NCBI RefSeq assembly: GCF_037042905.1
Contig: NC_087246.1
Span: 10,108,001-10,172,000 of the forward strand
Direction: 5' to 3'
Source: Lytechinus pictus
Lineage: Eukaryota
DNA length: 64,000 nt
Under the pieces are notes generated by a model, which saw nothing but the letters and a program-made list of their open reading frames with translations, was not told the origin of the DNA and ran no database searches. How positions within the stretch are numbered: position 1 is the stretch's first letter; each line of letters begins with the position of its first letter. Made by a program: the position numbers and the translations under genes. Positions 1 to 13,369 of this stretch are shown one piece after another.

Positions 1-342
1 GATATGTTTTATTGGGTTTATGAAAGGGGTATAAGTTATGATGACATTTCAAAAACTTAACCTTAGGTTCAGATTTTGATGTTGATTCCCCCAACATGGT
101 CTAAGTTCATTGACCCTAAATGACCTTTGGCCTTGGTCATGTGACCCGAAACTTAGGCAGGATATTCAGTAATACTTGATTAACCTTATGGCCAAGTTTC
201 ATGAACTAGGTCCATATACTTTCTAAGTTATGCTGTCATTTCAAACTTAACCTTCGGTTAAGATTTGGTGTTGACGCCGCCGCCGTCGGAAAAACGGCGC
301 CGATACATGTAGTCTCACTCTGCTTCGCAGGTGAGACAAAAA
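1..342 (+). mobile_element. Interspersed repeat 3' part (Helentron/HINE-like); related 5' fragments at ~6878-7140 and ~9411-9700
   Basis: TGACCT-rich body ending in the hairpin GTCTCACTCTGC-TTC-GCAGGTGAGAC. The other copies begin CAAGTGGAACA..CTGGCAGTCTC, matching the subterminal inverted motif. Confidence 0.5.
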
Positions 343-1963
343 ATCAACTAAGCAAAATGGTGAGAATTTAAAGAAAAAATTGATATTTCAAAGTTTTATG
401 AAAAACATTGATAACAAATGATAGAGTTAATGATGACACTCATTATTTCTTTTGTAATTTATTATATGAATTACAGACTATATCATTTATGTAAATTTAA
501 CATTTAAGGAAACATCTTCATGAATCACAATAGCCCGAATTCACAAAGGTGGTTTTAAAAACCCACGGTTGAATCCATGGTTTATGCAGATTTTCCAGAA
601 GGAATCAAACCTTGTTTCACATTGTTCATAATGAAGAATTTTTTCTTTTATATTTCATATAATAAAATACAGAAGAAATAGTGAGTGGGTGACATACGCC
701 TTAACTTTCTTCTTTTTACATCTGATTTTGATAAAATTTTCAGCATTACATTTGATTTTTTTTCTTTTCATTTTAATCATCTTTATAATTTTGCCTTGGC
801 CTTTAAAAAATTAATTCAATTATCAAAGTTTCGAACAGGGCAGATGCACTTTGTTATGGAAACCCTTCTGTACGAGGTAAGGGGTCAGAATATGGCTCCT
901 TAAGGCCCTAACTGGGACAAGTGTGTGGAAGACCCCTCTTGCTAAGTTGAAATAACATTTTTTCCCCCTTGGCCTTATAACAGTAACCAGTCAGAATTTA
1001 CTTGTTGCAACAGCTTTTAAAACATAATTTCATAGCTTCTTTCATATTATTTAGACTTCTTTCCTTTTCTTTTCTTTCTCTTCTTATTTTTTATTTTTAT
1101 TTTTTAATGTTTCTATTTTTCTTTTGTTTCACATATTTTTTTCCTTTTCTTAATGTTTTCTTTCCTTTTCAGTTGTTTTTCTTATCTTTCCTTTAATTCT
1201 TTCTTTACAAGTTTTATTTTTGCTAGACTTGTTTCAAGACCCATTTGTTGATTAAACTTTCAATCAGGGACTGTGCCTGCAGACTAGGACCTAGCCTGTC
1301 AGTCAATCTGTAATCTGCAAACATAAACCCTGACTGAAACTTTTAATCAGCAAGTTGCTCTTGAGAAAAGCCTAGCACCAAAAAAAATTTATATAATTAT
1401 GTACAATTATTTATCGTTGGTTGGAAAAAAATGAACAATCATTGCTAGAAAGAGAGGGAAAGAGTTAGCACTGATCACTGTCATAATTAAAAGGTATATA
1501 AAAAAACTAGGGTTGTGCCGAAATACAAGTCACTGGTATGTACAATGTGTAATTTCAGACACTCGATAAATGAATCTACTACAAACTATAGAATAATACA
1601 ATATGATGTAAAATCGACATAAGAATTCACCTTTTCAGAGAGATTATTAAACTGACTCCATGAAATTCCTCAAAAATTTACTTTATTCTCATTAAATAAA
1701 CATTTTATCCACAAAGAATATATGAACAAACAAATAAAAACTCCTACAGCAAGATCAAGATTATGCTCACCATTATAGATAAATTTTCTTGCATTCAGGT
1801 CGTTCAAACTAATAAACAAATAATATTATATTTTTCATTTTGGTGTCTTGTTATGAGCACAAAGGACACTAATTATGTAAAAAGAAAATATCTAGTGCCA
1901 TTACAATAACAAACAGCAACACTTAACTCCTAGAGCAAGGCTAAGATTAGACTGATATCTTAC

Positions 1964-4929
1964 CTCAATTTCCTTGCCACCCACACACAACGTGTGACCT
2001 TCCTCCATGCTCTCCAGCTCTGATGGTCTGTATCCACTACCTTTACCTATCCTATGAAAAAAAAACAGATACAAAAAAATTCATTAATTTATACAAAGAG
2101 AAGATGCTTCAAATATGGCATGCTAATTTGATAGATCTAAATGGAATACACCTCCAGATACAATAATTAGCAGGAATGTATTTCGTCAAGGAACCAAAAT
2201 ACACCATGTAATATTTCCAGTTAGGTACCTTCTAATCGGGTGTACATTTTAGCCAGCGTATTATGGAATACATATTGATTCTTCACTCGTTGACTATATC
2301 CGGTGGAGAAAATGTAATTATTCATCAATTCATGCATCATGTAAAGATTTCACCTTTTAAAAGACAAATCACAATGCCAAAATTACAGTAAACAATTCAT
2401 CTTTATTCAACGATTATTAGTAAAATGGTTATGTTACATTTTGGAAAAGAAAAATATAATTTTTTTTTTTTTCAATGCTAATGGATTTTTCAACGCCAAA
2501 ATTAAGAAACAATTTTTTATTTTTAGCAATAATAATAACGCAGTTCTTGTATAGCGCATATCACATTATGTCATAACGTCCCTATGTGCTTCCAAAGGAC
2601 TTGGATATTATTACCCTGGCTTTAGCCTCGCAGCCTTTTACAGTGCGTTGGCATTTCAAGGAATAAATTCCTTGAATTTATTCTAAATAGTATCAAATTA
2701 TGCTTTAACCAAAATTAATAGGAGTGTAAAAAAGTCAGAATAATAAGTTATAATGGGTCAAATTATAAGATAAAAACTTGCTCACAAAAAATCACAAATC
2801 CTTCAAAATTATCCTTGAGACATTTAACAAAATTACATTTTGCCTTTTATGTACTCATTCAGGTATGAAAAGACAGCACAGCTTGATCTTTTTAATGCAA
2901 AAATTAGTCAACCCTGTAAGATTATTTTGTTCAACCTATCAAAGTTATTGTATTTTCAAAATGTGGCAATTATAGGTGTTTAGATGAAAACATGTCCACT
3001 GCTAATCAAACAAGATACTGAAAATTGTTAGCAATGAAAATCTTGGGGTGTTTTATCAATACTTTAGATGGAATAATTTTTATTCAAATTTAAATCAAGA
3101 TAATATATTTTTATTACACTGACAATATGGTTCAAGCATGTATAATTCAGGTATATATCAAGAGAAAAGAGTGAGATTTTTCACATTATAATAGAACAAA
3201 TTGATCATTGTTGATGCTAAGAGTAATGAACTTTGCCATCCCCCACACGTCATTCCTTGAAGCAATCAACCTCGCCTGGATTCCGCATTCCTTAAGAAAT
3301 ATAACAACAAATATGCCAGCATTTCTTTCTCTCCTTCATATTCATACCGGCATAAACTCTCATACAAGGCTGCAAATTGTTTCATGCCAATCAACCATGA
3401 ATACCAGCATCTATGTTAATTTTTTACATCTCTGTCTGGTGTCTGAATGCAATAACTATCCTTAAAAAACCTTTGAAACACCAGAGCCCAATCCATAAAA
3501 GTTACTACCATGTTAACCGTATCATATAAAGTCTTATGCAGTTGATGAATTTGATATGAAAAATTCATCTAATGAGGCAAAGAGAAAGAAATTCTAATGT
3601 AAACTACCATGGTAACAAGTTAACAGCCAATCAAAATCCAAGATTTCAAGTAAGTAATAATTGGTTGGCAAGTTAACAAACATATTCACTCTTATGCAAT
3701 GGGTCTATGATTGTAAATTGGCAGTAAAATATCTGTCTATGGTGTAAAGGCCCCCTCACACTTAACCGAATTGCCTGAAATATTCCTTGCGATGGCTGGC
3801 GAAAAGCATTTTTTTTAATCGTTTTCAATGGTAACTGATAGTAAATCATATTTACCCTTCGTGTTTGGGCTCGTACACCTTCTGAACTAACAGCTGCAAT
3901 AATTCAAATTCGCATGGAAATTTTGAACATGTTTAAAATTTCCAGACGAATTGAAATCTTGTTAGTTATCTGTTTGCCTTCGCATCTCTTATTTAGTCTG
4001 CGGTAATCGTTTGTTTATCGTTTGTGTGTTATTGTCGCGCAAAGTCCCTCATCCCGCTTTTGCCAAAGTGGACCGATCTCGAAAGAACCCTTAACGAAGC
4101 AACACGATGACACAAACGTACAAGAACACCCGATCTATTCCCTCGTCTTCGTTTTTAATCGCACATAATTTCAAACCATTGCTCACTATTTGACCGTCTT
4201 ATTGGGTTATATCAACCATTCGCTCGCCTTCGGCTGCAATTTACTCAAAGAGGTGAACCAAAAAAATAAGCAAGAATAAGCAATTTTCCATAGGTACATT
4301 TATAGTTTCCTTGACCTAATAATCCCAATATTTAATTGTGAAACCGCTATTCCTGAAATATCCATGCATTTATGTCATGTTTAAAGTTGATTCACATTTT
4401 TTTTTCAATTATGAGAATAAGGAGAAGGTGGAAAGGCCCATACTTAGTAAGAAATAGAAACAACACCTCTTCAATAATGCTTTTGACAATTCACTGCTGC
4501 AGGTAACTTCACGTCACATAGTCTCATTTATTCTAAGGATATAAGTACACGGTGTACAAAGATGACTAATCAACTTGTAAGTTTATTTGCTTACAATTAC
4601 AAAATGTTTTAAAAGAAACAGCTCTTTAACACAATAAAGTACCTTTGCAAAATATATATTTGGGTATTAATACACAGGCCTCTCTGATCTCTTTTTCAAG
4701 TGCTGGAGACGTGCAAATTTGAAGATCATCTTTATTTACCTATGAAACTTGAATATCATAGAACCTATTGTTTAGATTTAATTGTAATCACATATTACAT
4801 TCTACAGGTATCAAAACTTGTATGCATCAATACAACCAACTTGTTTTTTTTCAGCCATGAAATATTTTTCTGAAATAATGCTAGTACCAGCATAAAACTT
4901 AATGCCAAATTTATGTTGGATGAATATAT

Positions 4930-4961
<32 letters not shown>

Positions 4962-7900
4962 CAAAATACAAATTTATTGAAAATTTTTGGGACCATTGCT
5001 CCGAAAAAAGTGGCAATTTATCTTGACATTTGCCAAGAGTGGGTAGAACATGGTGCTCCAGTGGAATTTGGGGCCTGTTTGCTATCATTACAGGGGTAGT
5101 TCACGCTGAAGAAAAGTTTTTTGCATAAATAGAAGAAAAATATTTTAAAAATATTGAAGAAGTTTTGAGGAAAATCTGTTAAAGATTAACAAAGTTATTA
5201 GAATTTTAAATTTGTGACGTCACAAATGAGCAGCTGCCCCATATGTTATGTAATACAAAATGCATGAATTTCATTTTTTTTAATAGTTCCTGGTGACTTA
5301 TTTTTGTTTTCTATTCATGATCGGGTGTGAAATGATTTGTCTTTTCATATACAAAAGGTACAGTAAAAACCATTTTCAATTTTTTGAGAAAATGACATTT
5401 CATTGATTTTTTTACCATTCACTATGTAGGAATGCTGCTCGCATATGACGTCTTAAATCAAATAATTAAAATTCTCATAACTTTTCTCAAACCTTAAGCA
5501 ATATTTTTCATTATTTTCTCTGATATTTTTACACTAAACTTTTTTGTCAGGGTGAACTTCACCTTTAAAATTCTGGAGATTTAATCAGATGATAGAATTG
5601 ATATCTAACTTGTGAGATGCATAAGGTGTGAAATTGATTAATCAAGATAAAACAAGAACTAGCTGTCTTCATATACACAATGACCTGTGTTTGGCCACAG
5701 ACCTTATAACCCAAAATATAATCAGATTCCTGTTGTGATAAGCTATTAAACGACTAATCAAACAATCAATTTTAACAATTTGAATGAACATTACTGTCAA
5801 TGAGGTTATTCATAAAAATGTGTCCTACAATCAATCACTGAGAACTGTGCTACGACCCAGTTTAAATTTTTAAATTCTTGTTGGAGAACTTACTCCTTCC
5901 CTTCTGTATCCAGTAGGGTCACGGATCTGCCTTTGGCAATCAGAAGAGCTGATAATTGAAATAAGAAAAACAAAATTTCAGCATGATTATACATATAATA
6001 TCTAGTACCATCATATGACATTAAAAACATAAAAGATAAAAGATTCAAAATAATCTAACATGTATAGACAATAAAATGATAACTCGTTACTCATTTCTTT
6101 TTTATCTCTGTCTCCACAAGTAGTTAAATACATGTTTCTTTGACCCATACAAACAGTACAGCTCCAAATCCCATCAACTTCAATATCAATTATGTACATC
6201 AAATATTACAACAAATGATCACTATCTATAATGAAATTCTAGAAGGCTAAAAAAAATTAATTGGTCAGGGCACAGGCTTTTACCTTGAATTGTCTACAAA
6301 CAATAGGTGAATGTAACATGGAATAAAAACAAATCCGAAGTCATTCTTATGGCATATATGCAACAACTGAGAATCCTACATTTATGTTGTCATCTTCCTG
6401 TAAGATTCGTGAAATATTTACAGAATTCTTTATTGAAAAAATAGTTTCCCCCTTAACAATTAATATGTTGATTTAGTAACTGGTAGTAATCTTTGTAAAA
6501 ACTTAGTCCAGAGATTTGTCTAATTATTTTACAAACTTACCATCTCCTTCCCACTTCTTGTGCTTTTTCTTTGAAAGTTTACACCTGCAAAACAAGAGGA
6601 AATATTTGAATAAAGAACAAGCAAAAATTCATTCTTTCTGAATTTAATTTTGATTTACTTCTTAACCCTAAATTGCCTGGAATATTTTGTAGTTTGTAAA
6701 CCCGAATGTGCCTCCTCAGGCCCTTTAATTATCTTGGTAAAGAAAATTTTGTTAATGTATGCAGAATTTATGCATGAAATCATAATTCTGTTCAAAATCA
6801 AGAAATGAAGGTCTAAATCTCATAATTTGGGATCCAGACACTCGTATTGTGTCCTTCTATGTAAATGTAACATAAACGCAAGTGGAACATCTCTGGCAGT
6901 CTCATCTGCACTACACATTTCAATATAGCATCAGTGCTGACTTTGAAAACAACTAAGATAAATTATTTCTCACATAAACATCATTCATTTAATAATGAAA
7001 TACTAAAGACAATGACCTAAAAAGACCTTGTTTATGTTACCTGACTCTTCTGCAAGATGATCGGTGATACGTGATTACCCTTATGTCCAAGTTCATGAAA
7101 AAGATCTATGTACTTTGAAAGTTATGATATTTCAAAAACCTTACAATGATTATTTTAATGTTTTTTTTTTGGGGGGGGGGGGTGGGTGAGAATTGTCAGC
7201 CCCTCTATTTAAATCATGAAGAACATGAATTGATTTCACTGAGTAAAGGTAAAATGATATATTTATTAGATTTGGTTATATTGAACTTGATTTTTAGATG
7301 AAATTATGTTTGAGGAATTCACACAATTTTACGTAGCTTTGGAACTGCAACCAAAGCATCACAAATTTTGTCTCAAAAGACTCCAAAGAAAAATTCCGGT
7401 AGTACTGCTGCAAAAATAATTTCGCAATTTGGACTTTAAGGGGAGCCCCCCCCCCCCCCCTCGTACTGGTTAAGGGGGTATTTCCCATTTGATGGGGTTA
7501 CAAAAACCTAATATTTATCAATTGCACTGCACACTTATCACATAAACAAATTATATTTTTCTTTCTCATTTCATTCCCACTTCACAGATCCTAACTCAAG
7601 AGGGCACTATGACAATTCAGAAAGTTACTTCTTTTTTCCTGAGTATGGCATAATTATACATGCATACAGAAAATCAGTAATTAAACTGCTAACTGCTAAC
7701 TACCATAACAGAGATTCCAATCCCTTACCACATTACACTGTAAAAATGACGATTTGGTCCATCATCATCTACTGTTTCTTTCATGGGTGGTTTGACGGCT
7801 GGAGTAGTCTGTTTGACCATGAATGGTTTTCTCTGCCTCAAACTGCTCTTGGAAAGGAGATGCTTGGGTCTGGTTCCAGTAGAGCTTTCTTCTACAAGGG

Positions 7901-8339
7901 CTGACCCATGCATGGCATGAGTCAAATGTCCAACATCTGTAGAACCAAGCTCATGGATATCACTTTGACCATGTCCTTGACCTTCACCTATGTCTGTCCC
8001 ATCTGATTCCAGTTTTGCAACAGTACTATCAGAGGCATTCTCTGCATGGTCTCTTGATTCTTGTTTGTCATTATTTTCCTTAGCATCAACTGGTTGAATA
8101 GAACTTACTGATTCTACTGCTTCAGCTGACCGCTCTTTATTTTTGTTTATATTAGCTACATTGCCATGAGCAGGTTGTTGAGTTCTGGGTAGACTTTGAG
8201 AGGCAGAATGGGTCGTGTGTTGACTTGGTAATGCTAGAGGAGTATTCAGGGGAACAGTGTTGTTTGAACGAAATGGAGGGTTGAACCTTGGTCTCTTAGG
8301 TGCCAGACCCTGCTGGGATGGTGCAGCAGAACGTCTCAT
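1964..8339 (-). CDS. RAD54B: DNA repair and recombination protein RAD54B, N-terminal part (continues beyond left edge)
   Basis: Coding exons 8339-7729, 6584-6541, 5948-5894 and 2051-1964 all have GT-AG junctions and compatible phases. They give MRRSAAPSQ...FYSVMW-CKLSKKKHKKWEGD-ALLIAKGRSVTLLDTEGKE-IGKGSGYRPSELESMEEGHTLCVGGKEIE, which matches the characteristic RAD54B N-terminus and the KKHKKWEGD...GKEIE block. The acceptor of the ATG exon is at 8363/8362, so an upstream non-coding exon is implied. Confidence 0.93.
5088..5568. mobile_element. MITE, TTAA-type (Kolobok/piggyBac-like)
   Basis: Inverted ends TTACAGGGGTAGTTCACGCTGAAGAAAAGTTT / AAACTTTTTTGTCAGGGTGAACTTCACCTTTAA. Confidence 0.65.
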
Positions 8340-9129
8340 ATTAGCATCATCTCTGCTCTTACCTGCAAAGATTTCAAAACAAAATAAATAAATATTCTAT
8401 AAAGGATCTAATTAGGAAATAAATCCACATTGGTACATTTCATTGCAATTTTGTTCAGGTCTTTGCTTTTATTTCATTCATATTTGTCTGCCATTGTTAC
8501 TGGTTTCTTTAACACAGCAAATGGTGCTGAACAGAAATCAATCCCGGTGAGGAGAATGCAAAATTATTCCACCTTGCTGTAGACATTAGGGTAGCAATAT
8601 TATTTAGCAATGTTTATGAGTGCGATCGTTGCAAATATTACATGAGCATGCAAGTTGAAGGAATCTATTCAACAACGTGAAGCGGAATTGAATAGACTGC
8701 TTCAACTTGCACCGAATGTAATATTCGCATGGTCGCATGAATGACAAAATATTGAATATTCACTTTATACAACACACGACTTGTAGACATAGTCTTGACC
8801 AAACTAAAATAGAACGAAAGTATTAGGCCTATGAAGGAACAGGGCTAGGAGTAAAGACCTACTCTTTATCCTTTTATTTTACTATATATATTATTTCATC
8901 TGCGCGTAGTGTAGGCCTATGTAATGCAGAGATGCGGGTATGCGCATGCAGTAATTGTGGAGGTGCAGTTAAGGAGCTATTACACTTGCTTGAACACGCA
9001 ATATTGCATCATTTGCATGGCTGGCTCTCTTGCTGCAATAGTTGACTATTGCATCGGTGAAAGTGTCATGTTTTGGCATGCTATAGCTGATTCCTCTGAA
9101 TGTCATGCGACGCACATTCATCTAATCAG

Positions 9130-9373
9130 CTGTCAGGGATCGATCTATGTGTTGCATAACGTGCAATGGTGGTGATTCTCCTCTACACCGGGTCTCCATG
9201 TAATGTCCTATCCGAGGGACAAGTGTTTTTCACTGTAACATAGTCTTCATCTATGGAACAGGGGGAGGTATTTACACACAATGCATGCTTCAGTAATCCT
9301 CCCAGGAAGGAACTGAACCCACAACCTCTGGTTCGACAGGCAGACGCTTTATTGACAGAGCCAACTTCACTCT
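9130..9373 (-). mobile_element. tRNA-derived SINE, V-SINE-like core
   Basis: The minus strand shows a tRNA-like head with degenerate B-box GGTTCAGTTCC, followed by GTCCCTCGGATAGGACATTA...TGCACGTTA, resembling the V-domain. Confidence 0.55.
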
Positions 9374-10949
9374 CAAATTAGAATTTTTTCAAATTTCCCT
9401 AATTATAATAAACAAGTGGAACACTCCTGGCAGTCTCGCCAGCATCAAGCAATTCAATATAGAAGCAGTGCTGAATTTGAAAACATCAAACAAGATATTT
9501 TTTTAAATATGAGAAAAAATACATTCATTTGTTAATAATCCTGAAATCATTGACCTTGAATAAGGAAATTGTAATTCATTTTATGATGTGTGATATCCAT
9601 AACCATCTTATGATTAAATAGTTTTTTTGATAATGAACAAGAAAACAATTCTTATCTAAGCTGATTGATCTGAAATGACCTTCGTAACCATTTACCTGAA
9701 ATAATACTTTCTGATGCCTGTTTGTTTAATCACGATTTATTTCAAGTTCAAGACAGTGATAATGTAGCATTTTACATACATAAAATGACCAGGTCCATCA
9801 TCCAACCAAATGGATGGCACCGCAGGTAAAAATATTTAAATGGGTTGCAAAACAAAAATATATATGAATATATGAAATATATAGTTATTTTGAACGATGC
9901 TGTTTTTCCTTAGATAATCCGCTTATTTTTTATACTACTAGGCTTCAACATCCAGTGTATTTTGGAACCAGATATGAATAACATATGTTGCGTTTGGTGA
10001 GCTGAAAGGGGACTATTATAGTATGTGTAGGGTTTAGAATTTGTGGTTTTGAACATGTCCAAATCCTTTATGCGTGGATATCTTATCAATCATAAAAGAT
10101 GTCGATGGATACACTGGCTTTTTGGTTTTGTTTTGTGTTCAAATTGTGCTTATTTCATGGATTGTATTGTGGTTGATAATGGGCATTTTTTAAAAGAGAG
10201 GTAGTGGTTTGAAGCTATGTTAGGATGCTGAGGATAAGATCAGGTTTCACTGCCCATGTTAATCATTAATTAAAGAGCAGAGAACGTTTGGCTGGAAAAA
10301 GGACAGTTGTTGATCAGAAAATTTGGGTGGTGAGAGGATGCATTGCCCATACAGGGAATACATCCTCTCACATTGCGTTTTTTTAGATTGGAAGTGAATG
10401 TTGGGGTAGTTAGTGCACTCACTTTAGTTGGAGATGTATATGTGTGGATGTGTCCGAAGTCCTACCCTGCCTGCTATAAAGTTAGTGGTGGGCGCATGGG
10501 CGAGGATCGGCCGAGGCAGGTGCGCGCGCCTGCCCAATCGCCTAGCCCTAGCTTAAACAAATTTCAATCTTATCAACTAGAAACTTTCACTACAGGATAA
10601 GTTTTGACCGCTTTTTCTGGTAGTGATATCAGATTTTCACGATATTAAGTACTTTCTGAGATATACGACCGTCCACGAAATATGGTCCCGCGCGAAGTAA
10701 GGTCACACGACCATACTTTTCACTTACCCATCACCCTGAATAATACGGCGAACAATGTCAATGATGACCCACATATGCGATATGCAGTGTGCACATATGT
10801 GATGCACTAAATATAGCTGCGTTTTCTTTTCCGAATATTTTCCGAATAAAAAACGTGTACGATGATCAAAACGAAAAAGATAATTCTCAAATCGGAAAGC
10901 ACCCAAGAGCAACAAAACCTCTATACCCGGGGGACGTTGTTTACACTAT

Positions 10950-11600
10950 GAGAAAACCTATACTAAAATACTAAAGTATTCATTGAAAATGAAGAATAAT
11001 TAATTAGTTGCTATTGATACCCATTCTTTTGTACGCACAGATATCGCCCGACGATGAAACTTAAACCGGCTTTACGAGTTTTCTTGGACAATCATGTTGT
11101 GCATCTTTGAAAGGAAGTGGCTCCCCCCGAACGTATTATGGTACAGGGGTCAATAAACGTCATCAATCACGTGACATATAATAAAAAAACGTATTTTTTT
11201 GTAATCAGTTTCAACTTTTTTAATTCCAAGTCAGGATATGTAAGTTAAACCATTAAGTGTTGTATCCATGTATTTCCCCAAAAAAATGAAAAATGCTAAC
11301 ATAAAAAATGAGCGTTATTTAGTGACGACAAAGATTCTGTTAACGAAAGTATATGAAATGTTCCGAAAAAGCTCAAGACGTGAAGAGCGCCGCACACGGC
11401 GTTCCAGGAACAGGGCGTCCAGGCCAATGTATGTGAATTACGAGTTCCGAACGCACACACAAAGACAATTAGCGATATGAAGACAAACGCAACATAGCGA
11501 CATGAATCACGATATAACTGGTAGTGGTAGACGTTTATAAGGATGATCATTCAAGATGGCAATTTATGATGACCAACAAAAGGATCGTGTATGACTAGGT
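10950..11600. promoter_or_regulatory. Candidate bidirectional promoter RAD54B/HFM1
   Basis: CpG-retaining, non-repetitive stretch between the divergent genes. Motifs: TTTGAA (CHR-like) 11106, GGAAGT (ETS) 11113, ATCACGTGAC E-box 11166-11175, CAAGATGGC (YY1-like) ~11552. A strong minus-strand donor TGG|GTAAGT lies at 10728/10727. TSSs are inferred, not shown. Confidence 0.5.
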
Positions 11601-11669
11601 TTTAATCATCATTTGAAAGGAATCAGTGTTAACTGCACTCTAACGTTAAGCCTTAGGCTAAGCCTTAAG

Positions 11670-12678
11670 CAAGGCTCGACATTAGCGGTGGCCCGGTGGC
11701 CCGGGGCCACCAGAAATTAACCTCGGGCAACCATTATTGAAAAAATACTAAGTTTTGGTGGCCCGAATCGGGCAACCAATAATTTTCAGAATAGCGCAAT
11801 TTTTCTCCCCATTTTGCACGCATTTATCAACTTTCTACAGTTCAAATTGCAAGCCAGTTCGTCATGCGCCCTTTTTGTTGATCTACACACAAACACACAC
11901 ACAAAGTTGGCCTACCGCTATAGCATTAAGTAGCTTTTATCCAGCTGGCCGTGCCGACCGGCTGGCGTGAGCTTTGCATGCTTCAAGCAGCTGTGCGTTA
12001 GCAGCCTATTCAGACTCAGGGAGCTGCAATACGAAATGTTGCTGCTAAGAAATCTTCCACAGAACTGTGAAAATCCAAGTCAAAGTCACATTTTACACCA
12101 ATGAAATACCCTTCTACAGACCTTTTTGCTAAAATCTGGTGTATCCCGATTATTTGCAAGCATTAAAAAGAGGAATCATGACCTCTCTTTTGACTCAAAA
12201 AGACCGATTTCCAAATGAAAATAATACACATAAAAACACATCTAGGTGAGTACATCACAGTCCCACGTGTGCATTTGTATGTATGTTGTTACTTGGTTTC
12301 TTTCGAAGCTGTGTTTTTTTCCGGTCTTTTCTAGCCAAAAATAAACAGACAGTTACTTTCTTTCTTGTTTCTAAATGACTTAACTTAAACAACTCTTGAG
12401 AAAGTAAATACTTTGGGAAGGCATTTCATTAATATGAAATGTGATTTTTTCCAACATTTGGCAAATATAGGGAAGGAATTTTCTCACACTTTTTTTTTGC
12501 CGTTTTATTATTTTCTTTCATTTTTTTTGACAGTGGTTAAACCATTTATTCTTTTTTAATGTTTTTCTTTATATTTTTCGGGCCACCAAACTTTAATATC
12601 GGGCCACCAAAAAAAATTATTTGAAGGTTTTGGTGGCCCGAACGGGCCACCACCAAAAAAAGTTAATGTGGAGCCTTG
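11670..12678. mobile_element. Non-autonomous DNA transposon (hAT- or P-like), ~1 kb
   Basis: TIR CAAGGCTCGACATTA / TAATGTGGAGCCTTG, subterminal GGTGGCCC/GGGCCACC repeats, and a flanking direct repeat CCTTAAG (7 bp) on both sides. Confidence 0.85.
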
Positions 12679-12845
12679 CCTTAAGGCACGAAATTTCTGA
12701 ATTTATTTTTTAATGTAATTTTTAAACAAAAATGTGATATCTATGTACAAAAAAATTTGAATCCAAAATCAGGTTGCCGCAGAAGGTCAGATCTAAAGTT
12801 ACTGCTAATAGTTGTCTTTACGTACAGGCCTCCAACACTTTAGTC

Positions 12846-13102
12846 TAGAATCTATGACTTTGTATTGATGAGTGGAGCTGGAGCCAACATTAAAAGGCAT
12901 CAACGTAGTCGTAGTTCAGCAGAAGAACCAATTTAACGTTAGATAAGTTGCATACAAATCAAATGTCAATCTGAGCTGAGTCAAGCTTTTGGGGGGGTCT
13001 ATAATAGTAACATGAGTAGACCAAAAGATTCAGTCTCTGTTATGTTGATTGTTCCGCTGAACTCCGTTGGCTCCACTCACCAAATACAGAGACCGAACTT
13101 CT
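12846..13102. mobile_element. MITE-like element
   Basis: Imperfect inverted ends TAGAATCTATGACTTTGTATTGATGAGTGGAG / CTCCACTCACCAAATACAGAGACCGAACTTCTA. Confidence 0.6.
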
Positions 13103-13135
13103 AGCTCAATCTGTACAGAGACTCAATGGCCATAT

Positions 13136-13369
13136 GTTTATCTTGTCTTGTCTTGGGTTAAGTCGGCATATGCAGACTTGCTGTACTCCGCCAACTTTAT
13201 TGATGTGTGTGAAATCACCAAGTAAGCAGGTCACTTGCTAGGTTTTTGATTGAGTTTGGATTTGAAAGAGTCTAATGAGTTTATCAATGTTGTGTCCATG
13301 TTTAACTCGTTCCAATCGTTGGTAGTTCGAGGGAAGAAGCTGTATCTATGATATTAAGTTCGGATTAAG
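13136..13369 (-). mobile_element. 3' remnant of CR1-group LINE
   Basis: The minus strand reads RYSFFPRTTNDWNELN...SLDSFKSKL, a typical CR1-group ORF2 C-terminus, followed by AATAAA and a (CAAGA)n tail. Confidence 0.75.

Noticed and set aside
2052..7728. Nested FSBP-like gene as in mammalian RAD54B
   Set aside because: No Myb/SANT-like ORF is visible in these introns.
9280..9373. tRNA gene
   Set aside because: Degenerate boxes, no complete cloverleaf, and attached to a SINE body.
11566..11588. HFM1 first coding exon (MMTNKRI-V, donor GT|GTATGA, phase 2 fits exon 22802)
   Set aside because: The phase fits, but there is no recognisable homology and a better-context out-of-frame ATG lies at 11556; left unannotated.
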